Assembly: GCF_004010195.1 (NCBI RefSeq)
Contig: NC_057758.1
Span: 5,723,946-5,761,083, forward strand
DNA length: 37,138 bases
Source: Chiloscyllium plagiosum
Lineage: Eukaryota
Reading direction: 5' to 3'
Below, piece by piece: positions 35,840-37,138 of this stretch. Position 1 is the stretch's first letter, and each line of letters opens with the position of its first letter. Position numbers and translations under genes: made by a program. The notes under the pieces are model-generated. The model did no database searches. It saw only the letters and a program-made list of their open reading frames with translations, and had not been told where the DNA came from.

Positions 35840-36650
35840 CAGAATATTGTATATTGGGGTAAGATCTCCTTTCATTCATCTAACTCCAAATAGTGCATGC
35901 TCAATTAACTTAACCACGGCTTTGACGAGAATTCCTCCATGATCAGGCCAAGCAGTCGATCCTCTGTGTACTGCTTCCAATGCCAATCTGCATTTACGTG
36001 GTTAAATAGAGTTAAATATTTTTGCCATGTCCAGCCGTAGTTTGACCAGTCCATTGCACGATTTCAGCAAAACCGCACGAATTATACACGACATTCCTTT
36101 AGAAATAAAGCTCACATTCCAGTTGCTGTCCCTCGGAAACACTGCACATGGATGCTGTATTTTCGAACTTCATGGATGGAGCCCCGCTAATCACCCAGTT
36201 CCAGAATGTTCTGCATTCTTTCTCCACTTTATAACATTGAGCTATTCTATTTTTCCTGTCAAAATACACAATCTCAAATTCCCCCCCCACTTGTGTCGCA
36301 ACTTCCATTTTTTTCACATTCACATAGGTTCTCAATGTTCCTCTGTAGTATCTTTACATGAGCCAAACGATTTGTCTTCCAGACTATCATAATGCCATTG
36401 CAAACTTGGTTTAGGTACATTCGCCTCCCTTGTTCAAGTAATTAATGTAGGCTTGAGGTAATTACAGCCCAAGCTCTGATCCCTATGGCAGTCCCCGGGT
36501 TACAGTGGGACACCCTGAAATTATCCCCTTATCCCGACTCTTTGGTTATTATTATTTAGCCATATCGTTGATCCGTTCTAAGGTACTATCTCCAACATCT
36601 CTTTCTGAAATCTTATTAAACATCTTAATGTGTATCCAATGCTTTCTGAA
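35840..36650 (-). mobile_element. Old CR1 RT fragment (paralog of 11640-12460)
   Basis: Colinear with copy 1. Confidence 0.65.
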
Positions 36651-37138
36651 AACATTATTTTAAAAAAAGTTAAGGAATAACTCAGCAGCTTAACAAGCTT
36701 ATTTTAAGGGTCTCAGGAGCGATACTTTAACAGGAGGTGCACCGTTGTGTGAAACGGAAGCGAAGTTCATAGTTCAAGTCAAAACTTTAGTGTGGAGACA
36801 ATGGCAACTCTTTGCTGAGAAGTGATAATCTATCCGATTATTGCTGCAGTCCAATGATTTGTCTTTCTTGCTGAAGTTTTGCCCGTGTCAATGGAATGTC
36901 CTTGCGTTGAAGATTTTCTTGCTGTTAATTTAGAGCCATGCATTTCAGTCCGGTTATGCTGTTATCCTTGGGCAATTCTCCCCTCATCCCCATGTAGCTT
37001 GCTTTCTTTTAATTTCAGATATTTAGAGAAGCTTGGAGTGCTCAGTGTGAATCTTCATTGTCGATTTGAGTTCCGTCTTATCACCTAACGCTCCAAGTCT
37101 TATGTTAATGATGAATGAGAATAAATAATAGTGATCAA

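Larger units (their letters stand above)
22220..37138 (+). repeat. Segmental duplication, copy 2 (runs off window end)
   Basis: Same order of elements as 184-12800; 16 substitutions in 284 nt over the C1-like exon (hand count). Confidence 0.97.

Overview
Eukaryotic, almost certainly elasmobranch (shark-like) genomic DNA, judged from HE1/V-SINE, HER1-like CR1 LINEs, Penelope-like elements and an RTE LINE. It contains three assembly gaps (2115-2574, 17693-18192, 25922-26485). I find no intact host protein-coding gene; most ORF-track entries are retroelement fragments or noise. The window is dominated by a tandem segmental duplication: ~184-12800 recurs at ~22220-37138, repeat unit ~22 kb, about 94% identical by hand count over one 284-nt exon. 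Between the repeats lie splice-bounded, frameshifted remnants on the + strand that read as two head-to-tail immunoglobulin-superfamily pseudogenes. Gene A: leader, VJ-like V exon with an already-joined G strand, C1-like exon, possible TM and cytoplasmic exons. Gene B: leader, V exon missing, C1, C1-like, TM with an Arg and a short tail. This architecture resembles non-rearranging, antigen-receptor-like VJ-C1 receptors. The Ig calls come from eye-level motif reading of degenerate sequence and need HMM/homology confirmation. Comparing the two copies also shows a copy-specific palindromic Penelope-derived insertion with a 10-bp TSD and hammerhead-like core, a SINE inserted in a LINE tail, and several local duplications and deletions.
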